NCBI RefSeq assembly: GCF_041956535.1
Contig: NW_027192225.1
Coordinates: forward strand, 2,890-66,889
Direction: 5' to 3'
Length of the DNA stretch: 64,000 nucleotides
Source of the DNA: Calcarisporiella thermophila CBS 279.70
Lineage: Eukaryota > Fungi > Calcarisporiellomycota
A program made the position numbers and the translations under genes. Numbering within the stretch: position 1 is the first letter of the stretch; each line of letters begins with the position of its first letter. The notes below the pieces were generated by a model that did not search any database, was not told the origin of the DNA, and saw only the letters and a program-made list of their open reading frames with translations. This document shows positions 63,012 through 64,000 of this stretch, piece by piece.

Positions 63012-64000
63012 TCACCAAACGTTGCATTTCCGCTTTGGATTCATGTTCGATCCTAGTGGGCAATTCCAAGCACGCGCAAATTCGACCGAGTTCATGGCCA
63101 CCCCATTGACTCGGAACACGGCGGGCGAATGCTCATTCGTAAGTACCTCTTGCAGCTGCCTTGCCGGGGTTGAGAATCCGCAGGCATTTCCTGCCCACGT
63201 AATGAAGAAAAGCTGCTCGGGGGTGAAGTGCTCTAACCCAGGCAATAACGGGTCATGCCGAGCATGCTTGAGGGCTCTTTTCCACGCATAGTATGCTTGC
63301 AGCGTTCCCCCATTATCCGCGATGTTCTCGCCCAGTGTGTTTCGGCCATCTACAGCCACTGCTCTTCCATCGGGGGTACTAATGGTAAAGTTGGAGTATT
63401 GATCGACAAAACACTGCGCCTTTTTCTCAAATTGGCGCGAGGACGCTTCACTCCACCAATCATGCACCGCACCTTGTTGGTCGAATAGGCGACCTTGGTC
63501 GTCAAACTCATGCTATTGCAATCGTAGAAGTTAGATCACCTTTCACCGTGAAACATTGGTAATTGCCGCATTTCTGCACCGTCCGTTAATTCATGCCCAA
63601 CTATGGACCCAAGTGCACCATAGTTTAAATATGCTGGTAGCTCACTGTGGAAATAAGGCGGTTGAGCGATGCCTGAAGGAATGGCTATATGCACCAACCC
63701 AAGATGCTACGATCGATACCATCATAGAGAAGATAGAAATTAAAAAGGTGAATAATCGAAGAAGCACCCTATTTGGATTTTCTCACCGTGTATGCATTTA
63801 CTGCGTATGAGGCCATCTCCCAACTAAAGCGATCAGGAGCATTGCCGAGTCGTTGAATGAATTTAGTAAATTTAAACGTCCTTCCTGCAACACCTGTTCC
63901 CAGAAAGTCATCTTTTGGTACATTGAATTTAGCGTAGTATCTTTGTAAATCACTTGGACACATGAGGTCGGGAGACTTTGACGGATATCCGGCCATAAAT
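63012..64000 (-). CDS. M13 family metallopeptidase (neprilysin/ECE-like), 3' part; continues beyond the window
   Basis: VNAY, QPPYF, NYGALGSIVGHELT/HEFDDQGR, TLGENIADNGG, HSP...RV, CPLGSNMNP...CNVW. Confidence 0.9.

Overview
Eukaryotic, intron-rich fungal DNA. Zn2Cys6 and STE-domain factors, short GT-AG introns and the general gene content suggest an early-diverging fungus such as a Mucoromycota/Zoopagomycota member (inference only). The left ~10 kb is AT-rich and repeat-rich. It holds stacked, poly(A)-tailed non-LTR retrotransposon fragments, a tRNA-Gly-like remnant, an arylamine N-acetyltransferase, an assembly gap (8913-9695) and tRNA-Arg(CCT). The rest is a dense run of spliced genes: Pumilio/PUF, Nup159/214, zuotin, CYSTM, Vip1-like RRM, Atg38/NRBF2-like, Tma22/DENR, paraoxonase-like, Ste12-like, RPL16/uL13, RPS11/uS17, a secreted crystallin-like protein, a GNAT, a CH-like protein, a subtilase, ADCK1/ABC1, a Zn2Cys6 factor, a TRP-like Flc/Pkd2 protein, a CAMK-like kinase and a partial M13 peptidase. 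Best finds: (1) an array of 5'-truncated retro-element tails each separated by the same ~13-bp motif, resembling a repeatedly reused site-specific insertion target, plus a shared 3' stem-loop; (2) an intronic H/ACA snoRNA in zuotin whose two pockets match the yeast snR80 targets; (3) a prodomain-less subtilase; (4) a 36-aa Cys/His microprotein divergent from an intronless, divergent STE12; (5) a GA-AG donor inside the HExxH motif of the M13 peptidase. Exon structures were read by eye and boundaries may be off by a few bases.
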